A DNA stretch of 64,000 bases, taken from Octopus sinensis. Its lineage: Eukaryota. The stretch covers positions 7,006,001 through 7,070,000 of the forward strand of contig NC_043005.1 of NCBI RefSeq assembly GCF_006345805.1. Direction: 5' to 3'. The translations under genes and the position numbers were made by a program. This document shows, one piece after another, positions 52,061-64,000 of the stretch (position 1 is the first letter of the stretch; each line of letters opens with the position of its first letter). The notes under the pieces are model-generated. The model was not told where the DNA came from and made no database searches. It saw only the letters and a list, made by a program, of their open reading frames with translations.

Positions 52061-52212
52061 ATCACGGAGTGGTTGGCATTAGGAAGGGCATCCAGCCGTA
52101 GAAACACTGCCAGATCTGACTGGGCCTGATGAAGCCTTCCAGCTTCACAGACCACAGTTGAACCGTCCAACCCATGCTAGCATGGAAAGCGGACGCTAAA
52201 TGATGATGATGA
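52059..52212 (+). mobile_element. family B RTE 3' end
   Basis: Core plus (GAT)n; begins directly after (TA)n. Confidence 0.92.
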
Positions 52213-52351
52213 TACATATGTGTATATGTATGTATATATATGTATATATATATGTATATATAAATGTATATATATGTATATATACACACACATATATGCA
52301 CACACACACACACATATACATATGTATATATACATACATACATACATATAT

Positions 52352-53335
52352 CCTGAACTTGAGAGCTGGGACACTGCTGTTAGCTTTGTTACACATTCAT
52401 TACTTGAAACCCACTGATATGCGGAATTCAATGAATAAGGAAGTTTGATGTTACTGCCTTCATCTGCATTTCTTTCTGTGAGAGAGGCTCATCCAGAACT
52501 GTTGACAGAAGGAGATCCAATTCTGCTTTGATGACACCTACATCCACTCATGTAGGTTACTCAGGCTTTTTGGAAGAATACTGAAGAGTTGAGGGTCATT
52601 GAAACCCAAGCTGTTGCAGTATCTGGTCCTGTATCTTGATGGCAATGTTAGGATCTTTGGTACTATGCAGTGGAATCCCGTTCTGCTGTTTGTGTAACAT
52701 TCAATGCTAAAGTTTGGTACAAATCCTTCCTGGATTTTCCAGATGTATATCAGTGCATATTGTTCCTGCCTTCATTCTAGGGAGTAGAGTCTTAACTTTT
52801 TTCAGCTTTTCTTAATAGCTGACATATCACAATGAGCTGATCTTTGTTTTAGCTTCCCTGAATTGCTTCTAGTTGCACTGTTAATTTTACACTGTGTGGT
52901 GACCATAACTGATAGCAGTGGTCTAAGCAGCTGAAGACATATACCTTCTAGAGGACCACTGCGGTTTTCTGTTCTCTCACTCTGAAAATTCTAAAGATCC
53001 AGCCAGCCAGCTGTCTGCATTTTATTGCCAACTTAGTAATATGCACCTGGAAAGAAGAATCATAAATTGTCAAGTGAAGGAGAGGCATCTTTGCCTCCAC
53101 TGATTCAGTTGCAAAGTGTTATTTTGAGTAAAGATATTTGGTTGCAGGCCTCCTTTGAGATAGTCCCCAAGGCCTTTTCAGATAAGTGAATTGTCGTTCA
53201 AAGAGATTTATAGATTGCAAATTTATTCTGTTCAGTTACCTATCGGCATAGTGATCATTGGCAAACTCCAGAGGTGATGCTTTCATTTCCCCTTACGCCT
53301 CACGTCACACAGCTGTTAATGTTTATTTGAGTTGG
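52352..53335 (-). mobile_element. CR1-group LINE 'X' 3' portion, older copy
   Basis: KLRLYSLE*RQEQYALIYIWKIQEG; CNSLGF..PQLF..LP homologous to 18641-18970. Confidence 0.85.
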
Positions 53336-53422
53336 ATCAATCCCTTCCAATTGCTATAGATCCATATATATTTATATACATATATACATACCTACATATA
53401 TATGTATATACATGCATATATA

Positions 53423-53656
53423 GGTACAGGACATAAAAAAAAACGTTGAACACAATGAGAAACGGAAACATACAACCAAAAATATAGAAACAAACTTTTT
53501 TCAAACAACAAAAAAAAAACAGAGTACAAGACATACAACGCAAGGAATATTCCCCTTCTTCGGTTGTCCCTGTTTCATCTACTCCCCCGTTTCTATGTTT
53601 TTATTTTTATGTTTTCGTTTCTCATTGTGTTCAACTTTTTTTTGATGTCCTGTACC
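53423..53656. repeat. palindromic element with 50-70 bp inverted arms in (TA)n
   Basis: ggtacaggacat..gttgaacacaatgagaaacg.aaacata and its reverse complement. Confidence 0.9.
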
Positions 53657-53724
53657 CATATATATGTATATATGCATATATTTATATATTATTTATATTA
53701 TTATTATTAGTATATGAATGTATT

Positions 53725-56046
53725 CTATTCTTGGTTTTTGCAGGGGTCTCTTTCCACTAACAAGTTCCCTATATAGCATCTGTTTAGGGCTCCTGCTATC
53801 CTTCATTCTAATAAGGTGTCCAGTTCAACATAACTGGTGCTTGTGCACAATCACCTCAATACTCAAGATATAAGCTTTCCTCAGGACTTGTGTGTCTGGA
53901 GGTTTTATGGTCCAGCCAACATTCAGAATGTATTTCAGACATCTCTGATGAAAACGTTCAAGGACCCTCACATGACGTTTGTAAAGGGTCCATATCTCAC
54001 ATGAGTAAGGGAGCGATGTCAGTACATATGCATGGTACACAGTAATTTTTGTTTGCCTTGTGATGTGAAGCTGGAACCAGACACAAGACTGAAGAGACTG
54101 GAAGGAATCAGTTGCTCTCTGCTGCCTGAAAGATATTTCATCATCCAGGGAGCAAGAACAATTCAGTGTGCTGCCGAGGTAGACAAACTTGTCTACCACT
54201 TTCAGTGTTGTTCCTTCAACCAAAATAGCTGGTCTACATATGGATTTCCTGATGCAGGCTGGAACATTACAACAGTCTTGTCTAGGCTAATGCTGAGTCC
54301 AAATGCCATGCCAGAAGCAGAAATATGATTCATAAGTATTTGCATGTCATCACTGTATGAGTGACGATGTCACAGTCATCTGTATAAAGGAGGTCACAAA
54401 TAAGAGACTGGAAAAGTTTTGAATTGGCAGCAACTTGGCACAGATTAGAGAGGTGTCCAGAAGATCAAAACCTGACATATATTCCCAGACAGCTAACCTT
54501 AGCAAAAGCATGAGTAAAAACAGTAGCAAAGTTAGGGCAAGGATGTCACCCTGCTTGACACCATTCTCTATAGGAATAGGTCCAGTAATACCACCACCAA
54601 CATGGACCGAAGCCACCATCCCATCATGAAACGATTTAATTGTAGATACAAAGTGATCCAGACATCCAAGTCTGCCAAGTATTTTCCATAGCAAGGCCCT
54701 ATTCACAGTATCAAAGGCCTTGGTTAAATCAGTGAATATCTGGACAAGGTCTATATTCTGTTCATAGCACTTCTCCTGCATCTGTCTTATCCATTGTCCC
54801 TCTACCACATCGGAAGCCACACTGAGATTCAGATAGGACATCATTTATGAGACACCCATTCAGGTGTGTAAGAAGAATATTTGCTAGAACCTTGCCAGCA
54901 GCTGATATAATAGAGCAATGTCTCAGTAATTACCACACATTATTCTGACTCCTTTTCTTTTATAGAGAGGAAGAATAATTGCATCCTTCCAGTCCTTAGG
55001 CATTGCACCATTCCTCCAGACTACATGAAGAGACCGTATGATGTTATCACCACCAAATTGCAAGACCTCAGCACAAATTCCATCTTTTCCAGGTACCCTA
55101 CCAAGATTCAATTTACTTATTGCTGTCATTACCTCATCTATTGAAGGGGGGGGGAATTTAAGGAGCCAGAATCAATCCCTGTTTCATCCACAACTGATTT
55201 ATAGTTCACAAGTGCAGAGAAGTCTTCAATCCAGCGACCTGTGATTTCTGTTGATTTAGTAAATAAAGTAAAAGACTCCTTGGAAAGCAAAGGAGCTGAT
55301 GCAGAGCTCTTAGGACTTGCTTCATAAGATGGTAAAGCATCTTGCTGTCATTTGCATCAGTAGCAATCTGAACATCAAGAGCAAGATCCTCCCACCAAGT
55401 GTTCTGCATCTTCCTGAGAGATCGCTGCAGTAGTGATTTTACACTGCTATAGTGGGCAAGTGCTAGATTTCGCTGCACAGCTGTAAGTCTTCTGTGCAGC
55501 AATATATTGTAGGCATGGCACTTTACAACCAATAATCGCTGAACTTCAGCATCATTTTCATCAAACCAGTCTCTGTGTTTGACAGTAGCATACCCCAGTG
55601 TTTCAGCAGCACCTTGAAGAACCTGATCTCAAAAACTTCTCAAATTTTCAATGCTGGACAAGTGAGTTTGAAGCTCTTTCCTCAACACAGCATCATACAT
55701 TGACATCGAGGAATGGCAATTGGCGCTCATCTCTCTTTCACTCAAATCATCATCCAGAACTTTGCTCACACCAGACTCTGGTCTGTCCAGCATTCTGATC
55801 CATGAAAGGATTTGACACTACAAATATCACAGATGTCCCACTTGTGGATGATGACATAATCCAGCAAGTGCCAAACTTTAGAACTTGGATGTATCCACGT
55901 TGTTGTGTGATTAACTTTGTGCATAAAATGAGTGCTTGCGATGTGAAGTCCATGTTCATCGCAAAGCTCTAGCATGAGACCATTGCTATTCATTTTCCCT
56001 ACACCAGAACATCTTAGAGAGTTCCACTTTTGCCAGTCCGTTCCAA
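53725..56046 (-). mobile_element. RTE/BovB-like LINE ORF2 fossil (endonuclease end through RT to near the C-terminus)
   Basis: GVGKMNSNG, TTWIHPSSKVWHLLDYVI, DLTKAFDTVNR, NGVKQGDILA, VDKFVYLGSTL; multiple stops and deletions. Confidence 0.93.
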
Positions 56047-56271
56047 TCTATACATACATATACACACAGTATACAGACATATATACAAATACATATATAT
56101 ACATACATACATATATATATATTTATATATATATATACATATATACATACAATATATATACACATACATGTATACATATATACTTATATATAAACATATA
56201 TATATAGCTATATACATATATAAATACATATATATACACATATATACATATATATATACATGTATATGTAT

Positions 56272-56594
56272 ATCATCATCATCATCATCATCATTGTTTA
56301 ACGTCCGCTTTCCATGCTAGCATGGGTTGGACGGTTCGACCGGGGTCTGGGAAGCCAGGAGGCTGCACCAGGCTCCAGTCGGATCTGGCAGTGTTTCTAC
56401 AGCTGGATGCCCTTCCTAATGCCAACCACTGCATGAGTGTAGTGGGTGCCTTTTACATGTCAGGCGAGGCTGGCAATGGCCACGATCGGTTGGTGCTCTT
56501 TACGTGCCACTGGCACTGGTGTCACAACTACAATTTCCATTGATTTTTGAGCGATTTTGATTCCGATTCCAATTTCACTTGCCTCAACAGGTCT
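56272..56594 (-). mobile_element. family B RTE 3' end
   Basis: (CAT)n, core, about 2 units, cacttgcctcaacaggtct, ends in (TA)n. Confidence 0.92.
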
Positions 56595-56942
56595 ATATAT
56601 ACATATATATACACATATATATAAATATATATATATATGTATATACATGTATATACATACATATATTTATACACACACACATATATATATATTCATATAT
56701 ATACATATATATATGCACACAAATATATATATATATTCATATATATACATATATGTGCATATACATTCATATATATATAGAAACATACATATATATATAT
56801 ACACACACACACATATATATACATACATACCTATGTATACACACACATATATATATATATACATATATACATGTGTATATATATATATTATATATATATA
56901 TATATATATATCATCAAACAATTTAGATTCTTATTTTTGATA

Positions 56943-56979
<37 letters not shown>

Positions 56980-58653
56980 TTTTTTTTTATATATATAAAT
57001 ATATATATACGTATATATATATATATATATATACATACATATATATACATATATAAATATATACATACATATATTTATAAACATATATATATTTTCATAT
57101 ATATATACACACATATGACTTAAAATTGTATGATAGATTGCCGTCATTTCATTCTCTCTTACCTGTCTGTGTTTGCCTTTCAAGTGCTGTGTTTTTACTG
57201 AGATCTCCCTTTTAGTAGAAAGAATAGCTATAACTCTTTGACTGCTATTTCTAAATTCGGTGTGTGGTGAGGCAATTCGTTGCTAAACCCTTAATTGCTT
57301 AGTATTACACACATATACATATATATACATACATATATATATATATATATATACATTATATCTATACACAAATATATGCACATATATATATATATACATA
57401 CATATATACACACATACACACGCATATAAATATACATATATATATACAAATATACACATATATATACATACATATATATATATATATATCACACATATAT
57501 ACATACATACATACATATATATATGTATACACACATACACACATATATATATATATTTATTTTATAGAAGGAGCTTCTACAGGACTAGAAATCATCAGGA
57601 AGCTTGGTGTCAAGAATAGTTTTGGCATTTATACATTTAGGCAGATTTAAAGGGGAGGTAGTGGGGGACTTTTTGGGGTAGGCAGGGCACAAACTGTCTT
57701 TCTTAGGGGAGTGGTCAAAAGAATCAGTGATAAAGTAGGTAAATGAATAAATAGAATAATAGAATAGAAGACTATCGCTTATATATATATATATACACAT
57801 ACATATACACACATACATATATATATATACATACACACATATATACATATACATACAAATACACGTACACATACATGCCAACATGCAAGCACACGCACAC
57901 ATATATCTACACACATATATATAAAAGAATATACACACCCATACACACACACACATATATACACATACATATATATATACATATATATATATATATATGT
58001 GTGTGCATACATGCACATATATACACACACATTTCCTCCCTTATTTTATTTTTATTTTGACCTCGACCTACCTACCAGCCGACACACATATAGTGGCCCT
58101 GGAGTAGATCCTCCCCAGGGAGCTAGCCGGCCTAAATGAAGTCCATTTATTGCCCCTCTCCCTTCCTTTCTATCTCTCTTCCCACAGATACGAACGCCAA
58201 CACTCACACACACGCACACTCATACACATACACAAACATACATGTTCTATGTATACACATATACACATATTCATACATACATAAGTGTACCCACTTTCAC
58301 ATAAACGTATACATAACTATGTACACACAAAACCACATATATAAATGTACTTCAGTACACATAAACACACATGAACATCTGCCCGCATATATAAACGCAT
58401 ATGCCTATATAAAGACATTTGTGCATATAAACATACATACGCATATATACGCATCCATACGCCTATAAATACATATATGCACACATGCATGCATACACGT
58501 GTACATAAAAGCATACCTACACACATATATATATATACATACATGCACGTATATACACATACGTACACGTACATACAAATATCTACACACATACGCATAT
58601 GTACATCTATACACATACAGAAATCTACAAGTCCATATATATACACACATATA

Positions 58654-58695
<42 letters not shown>

Positions 58696-58878
58696 CATAC
58701 ACATACGTATATACTTACATATACATACACATATATACTTACACCAATCATATACAAACCTACATACACATACATCCATATATATCCATACATATACATA
58801 CATATATATAAACACATGCACATACTAATACACATACGCATATCTACGCACATACACGCACACATATCTATCTACATA

Positions 58879-58909
<31 letters not shown>

Positions 58910-58949
58910 GTACATATGTATACACACAAACATACATATAAATTCATAT

Positions 58950-59520
58950 ATATTTGAAGAAATGAGGTACTCAGAAATCTGGATGGTTTTTATATTTACA
59001 GATATTTATTAATGTCACGTGTTTTTATAAATCATATATTAGCGCTTGCGTCCACTCTAGTGGAGTCATCAGATTGAACTTTTTCAGGAATTTTGACACA
59101 ATTTCAGATACAGACACCCACACACATCGCACATACACACACACACACACACACTCTCACAAGACAATGAAAATAGAAATCTAGACAATTTTTTGAAAAG
59201 TGATATTTTGCCCCACCTGGAGTGACCAGCTAGGTTTGCCATTTCTAAAAGCCAAGAATCATTTACTATTGAAAGACTGACCAGCTGCAAAGATATCAAC
59301 ACATTTTTTTCTTCTTTCTCTCCTTCTTCTTGCATCCTTCTCTTTTCCATTAACACTTCTTTCAGATACAAAAGTGCACACACACACACATGCTCTCTCT
59401 CAGTTTCTACCCATTCCTCACCCTCTTGTACTATCTTATATCTCTCTCCACCTCTACACACTCAATAATACTACAAAAAGAGACAAAATTCTGAGTACCT
59501 CATTTCTTCTAATATATAAT
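58950..59520. mobile_element. Penelope-like remnant bracketed by a roughly 30-bp inverted repeat
   Basis: ttctgagtacctcatttcttc inverted at 58955-58980 and 59488-59512; degenerate hammerhead on the minus strand at 59041-59075. Confidence 0.55.
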
Positions 59521-59545
59521 ACCTGTACATCATCTCCAAACATTC

Positions 59546-59577
<32 letters not shown>

Positions 59578-59768
59578 GTATATATATATGTACATATGCA
59601 CATATATGTATATATATATGTACATATATATAGATACATATATATACATAGATACACACACATATATATACATAGCTATATATATATATATATATATATT
59701 ATATACACACACACATACATATTTACATATATACACATACACACACATATGTATATATATACACATAT

Positions 59769-60556
59769 ATAGATAAATAAATGGAGTTAAATGCAGTTTT
59801 TATTCAAATTCTTTTACTTCCAACACATGTTACGTAGACAACATTGGTATTATTCCAGAAAGAATAAAATGATGTAAAACAATGCAATCTTCTCATCAGA
59901 GAAAGAAAGAAAGAAGCAGAAAACTAATAGTGGAGATTCATAGAGTGATAGGTGAATTGGAATAAAGCTTAAAGGAATGGAAGTAGATATACTTAGTAGA
60001 AGTGCAATGTAAGAAGACGGTCAAAGGTCAAATTTTATAGAATGTTAGGAACTAAAGGTATGTTTCTGACATCTTTTTTTATATAGGTAGTTGTTCATCT
60101 CAGTTGTCCAAAAGAATATCTAATCATTACTCTACGTTTAGGTATATCAATAAACGTAACAATACTGGACTTAGTAAATTAATCTGGTATCTAAAAGATC
60201 ATAATGAACAATTTAATTTGGAATGGAATATTCTATTTCTTTACTATTAGTTTTCTGCTGATTTCTTTCTTTCTCCTCCTTCTCTTTCTAAAAACTACCT
60301 TTGACGTTATATCTACTAATTGTTTTCTTTAAAAAAATCCTAATACCATTCCCTTTATCATATATGCAGTCATCACATTCTGTTAAAATGTCTTATTGAT
60401 GTGTTTGGTTTCTTTCTTTCCCTGATGAGAAGATTGTATTGTTTTACACCATTTTATTCCTTCTGGAATAATACCAATGTTGTCTTCGAAACATATGTTG
60501 GAAGTAAAAGAATTTGAATAACACCTGCATTTAACTCCATTCATTTATTTATCTAT
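59769..60556. mobile_element. inverted-repeat Penelope-like (pLTR) element
   Basis: Arms 59769-59915 and 60408-60556, roughly 90% identical by eye; the inner match continues at 59905-59932 versus 60243-60270; starts in a TA tract. Confidence 0.8.
60417..60504 (+). ncRNA. type I hammerhead ribozyme with intact catalytic core
   Basis: Stem I tttcc/ggaag; CTGATGA at 60422-60428; stem II gaaga/tcttc with a long insert; GAA-A; palindromic stem III ACATATGT; cleavage triplet GTT (predicted cut after 60499). Confidence 0.8.
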
Positions 60557-60768
60557 AATATACAAAACATTTCACCTAAACCTGGAATTTTTACCTTTAT
60601 AAATAGGCTGTTACATCCTTGTTACTTGTGTGAATTTGTTACCTAGGTAACTGTTTATTTATTTTTTCCGTGTTATTTGTAAACACTGGAAAAAACACAT
60701 ACATTTATATAGATATATATACATGTATATATGTATGTATATATATATACATATATATATATATACAT

Positions 60769-60801
<33 letters not shown>

Positions 60802-61183
60802 CATATACATATATATGCATGTATATATACATACATATTTTTAACATACAGAAATAATTTATTCTGAAATGCATGATAATGCTAATACAATAGCACGGAC
60901 AGGATAAACTATCCAGATATTGCACAAAAATCGTTACCAGCCAGCCATGAGACACGAACTCACATCCCTGTCATTACGTGTGAAGTCCTTTACTTTTAAG
61001 CTAAACTGCCGAATAATGAATTGTTCTGCAAATTTAGGATTTATAAATCTAGCTTTATAAGATGCTAACGTTAAATTCAACTTCTGTATCTTTCAATACA
61101 TCTCAGTGCTTCTAAAGCAAACTTTGTTTACTTTCATAGTAAGTTGAACACCTATATATATGTCTATACATACATATATATTT

Positions 61184-61234
<51 letters not shown>

Positions 61235-61294
61235 TATATATATATATATATATATAGATATATATATATATATATTATATATATATATATATAA

Positions 61295-61545
61295 AATACA
61301 AAATGGGACAAGAACGCAAAACATCAGACGACTAGGTGATACAAAAAGGACAACAAAACATCCAGATAGACAATACCAAAAAACAAAGACGGGTCAATTG
61401 CGAGGATGATCCGGTTCTTGACTGAGGATAGGAAGCTTTGAATGACCCATCCTTGTTTTTTTGTATCATCTATCTGGATGTTTTTTTGTCCCTTTTTGTA
61501 TCACCTAGCTGTCTGATGTTTTGCATTCTTGTCTCATTTTGTATT
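61295..61545. repeat. palindromic element, about 102-bp arms and 46-nt spacer, in (TA)n
   Basis: Arms about 88% identical by eye; the spacer contains ctgagga..tgaa. Confidence 0.9.
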
Positions 61546-61699
61546 ATATATATATATAGCGATGTATGTACACTTTGTTCTCTTATACATATATATATGT
61601 ATATATACATACATATATATATATATTTATACATATATATACATATTTATACCTCACAGATTCCCTGCATTCTGGTTGACCTTGGTTCAATGAGTTTAG

Positions 61700-62480
61700 A
61701 TTAAACAAGCTCATCTAATGAGGATTTATGCCAACCCACAAGGGAATTTACCCAATAATACATCAACTGTCACCCTCACGTGATAGATAAGGTTAAAAAA
61801 CTTTGTGCATACACGGCACATGCTCTGAATGAAAGTGACAAATTCCAGCCTTCTTTTATTGCCAAAAGTCTGCTTGCTTGAAACCAAACTACTTGTGGAC
61901 ACAGATGGAGATTCCATTATCACATTGTTATCAGCAATGAAAAATGGTGTCTTCTTTCCTCTGCTGCATGTTAAGTTAAGGACACCAGTTTTCATCGCTG
62001 ATAACAATTTCTTTATTTCCATACAATAAATAAGGAAATAAAGAAATTGTTATCAGCGATGAAAAATGGTGTCTTTAACTTAACATGCAGCAGAGGAAAG
62101 AATGGCTGAGTCTCAACAATCAACACCACAAGCCAAGCCAGAGCTGCACCTTTGCAAGACAATGATTTGTGTTTGGTGAGTTTGAGAAAGGCTAATCCAC
62201 TATGAAATGCTTAAAAACAACCACATGGTCACTTCAGACATTTATTCAGCAAATGCAACAGTTCAACAAGGCAATCTAGCTGAAACGACATGACTCACTG
62301 CTCAGAGTGTTTTCTCAACATGACAACACTTGACTCCACATCTCTAATTTGACCAAAATTGTTATTCAAGAGTTGAATGAGAAATTCTACCACAATCATC
62401 ATATTCTCTTGATATAATACCTTCAGATTATTGGCCTTTTCAGTTACTCTCCTACAGTCTGCTTGGTCAAACCACTTCCA
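61700..62480 (+). mobile_element. decayed mariner transposase fragment containing an inverted duplication
   Basis: HIVISNEKWCL, PQAKPELH..MICVW, QHDNT and YSLDIIPSDY motifs across frameshifts. Confidence 0.85.
61954..62100. repeat. near-perfect hairpin, 67-bp arms, 13-nt loop
   Basis: Two mismatches between 61954-62020 and 62034-62100. Confidence 0.97.
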
Positions 62481-62520
62481 GCCAAACCATGCCATTATAG
62501 AAAACAGACATTAAATGATG

Positions 62521-62566
<46 letters not shown>

Positions 62567-62577
62567 TTTGATAAATA

Positions 62578-62724
62578 CAATATATGTTTTTATGTGCTAT
62601 TGTTAGTTTCATGTACTGAGAACATGCCAAACATTGTTTTATAACACATTTGGCATCCTAGCACAATCATCAGACACTGCCCATACGACATGAAACTAAT
62701 AGTAGCACATAAAAACATATATTG
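62578..62724. repeat. 147-bp element with 37-bp terminal inverted repeats
   Basis: caatatatgtttttatgtgcta(ttg/cta)ttagtttcatgt; ctgatga on the minus strand within the spacer. Confidence 0.85.
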
Positions 62725-62869
62725 TGTTTGTTAAATAATATTTATCTCTCACCAGATAGTGTAATTTTTTTGTTGATCTTACAGTACAGTATATATATAT
62801 ATAAATGTTTGTTTGGGTGGTTGAATTCTGCAGACACACTTTACACCATATATAATAATAATAATATTA

Positions 62870-62910
<41 letters not shown>

Positions 62911-63303
62911 AAAAGGGAGACACAAAGAGCTGACATGAGATGTGCAGCACCAGTGCACATACTAGGTTTGGTGGCAGGCACTGTGTTAATAAACACTACA
63001 TGCACACACAATGAGAGAGGCTAAATAACAGAGTAGTAATGGGAGAAGTTATACAATGAGAAATTTGTTTCATTAAATTTTATTTTCAGGTAATAAATAT
63101 TTTTATTTTGAAAATTAATATTAATTGCATCAGTTTAAATAAGCACCAAAAGATTTGATGAAAATTAAATAATAGTTAATGGAAATATGCCTTATTTCCT
63201 GATACTACCCATGGTGGCAAAGGTATACTTCCAAAATTACCCCTCACATGACAGGTTACATTCAAGTATACATTTATATCTATAAAGTAAAGATAGATGT
63301 GTA

Positions 63304-63337
<34 letters not shown>

Positions 63338-63393
63338 CATACACACACACATATATATATATACATATATATAGAGATACACACATGTACATA

Positions 63394-63590
63394 TGAAGAG
63401 GTGCTGAAAAGTTCCTGGTTTTGGGTAAAAGAAAATACAAGAAGGATCAGTTAATTGTGATTTTATTCAACATATTCCTCTCTCAGATTCACACACTTAT
63501 TGCAGCAGTCCTTCAGTTTTTGTAAGCCCTGTAAAAGAACTCGGAAGATTGGGCCTCCAAACAGGTCTTTTGCAATACCCTTAAAGCACT
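63394..63590 (-). mobile_element. mariner 3' terminal fragment
   Basis: GLQKLKDCCNKCVNLREEYVE* followed by a TIR-like end ccaggaacttttcagcacc at a TA. Confidence 0.8.
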
Positions 63591-64000
63591 CACTCATATA
63601 TCTATGTATATGTGTGTGTGTATATATATATATATTCAAGCACACATATATGTATGCATACACACTCACACACACACACACATATATAGTACAAGCGTAG
63701 TTGTATGATTATGAAGTTTGCTTCTTATTATATGGCTTCAAGTTCTGTCCATGCACAGCATCTAGACAAAGTGTTGTTTGTTTCCAGTCTCCTGTGGAAA
63801 ATCTGAATCATGCAAATACAGAAAAGTGGATCTTAAAATGCTGATGATGATGATGGTATATATATATACATATATATATATATATAATAAATGAAAGAAG
63901 ATTTTAACAAAATTCCTTTACTCTCAACACATGTTTCGAAGACTGCATACTCTTAATTCCGAAGGAATAAAGGGTGCAAACTGAAAGAAGCCCGTCGTAC

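Noticed and set aside
52120-52145. ctgatga in family B as a hammerhead core
   Set aside because: No following GAAA or stems, and other copies have ctggtgc or ctgacga at this position.
57585-57605. Minus-strand ctgatga followed by a ttcta/tagaa stem
   Set aside because: No GAAA after the stem; at best a deleted remnant.

Overview
Eukaryotic, strongly AT-rich DNA saturated with microsatellites ((TA)n, (CA)n, (TACA)n, (CAT)n, (AAT)n). The repeat landscape suggests an octopus or other coleoid cephalopod genome (inference, no search run). I recognise no intact protein-coding gene, rRNA, tRNA gene or CRISPR array. Nearly all long ORFs in the supplied track are read-throughs of microsatellites or tandem repeats. 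The window is a graveyard of mobile elements: two tRNA-derived SINE families (here A and C); many 5'-truncated 3' ends of an RTE-clade LINE (family B) carrying a variable minisatellite; fossils of CR1-group, RTE/BovB-like, R4/Dong-like (RLE) and Penelope-like retroelements; mariner, DD37D and hAT transposon fossils; and Tc1- and piggyBac-type MITEs. The most notable observation is a type I hammerhead ribozyme with a complete catalytic core and a short palindromic stem III at 60417-60504. It lies in one arm of a long inverted repeat and belongs to a set of (TA)n-embedded palindromic elements with degenerate hammerhead-like motifs, as known for Penelope-like elements. Also notable are an apparent pairing of each retroelement family with a particular microsatellite, and several near-perfect hairpins. 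Three short minus-strand segments at 68-993 splice in frame and may be exons of an unidentified host gene (low confidence). Coordinates and mismatch counts were made by eye and may be off by a few bases.
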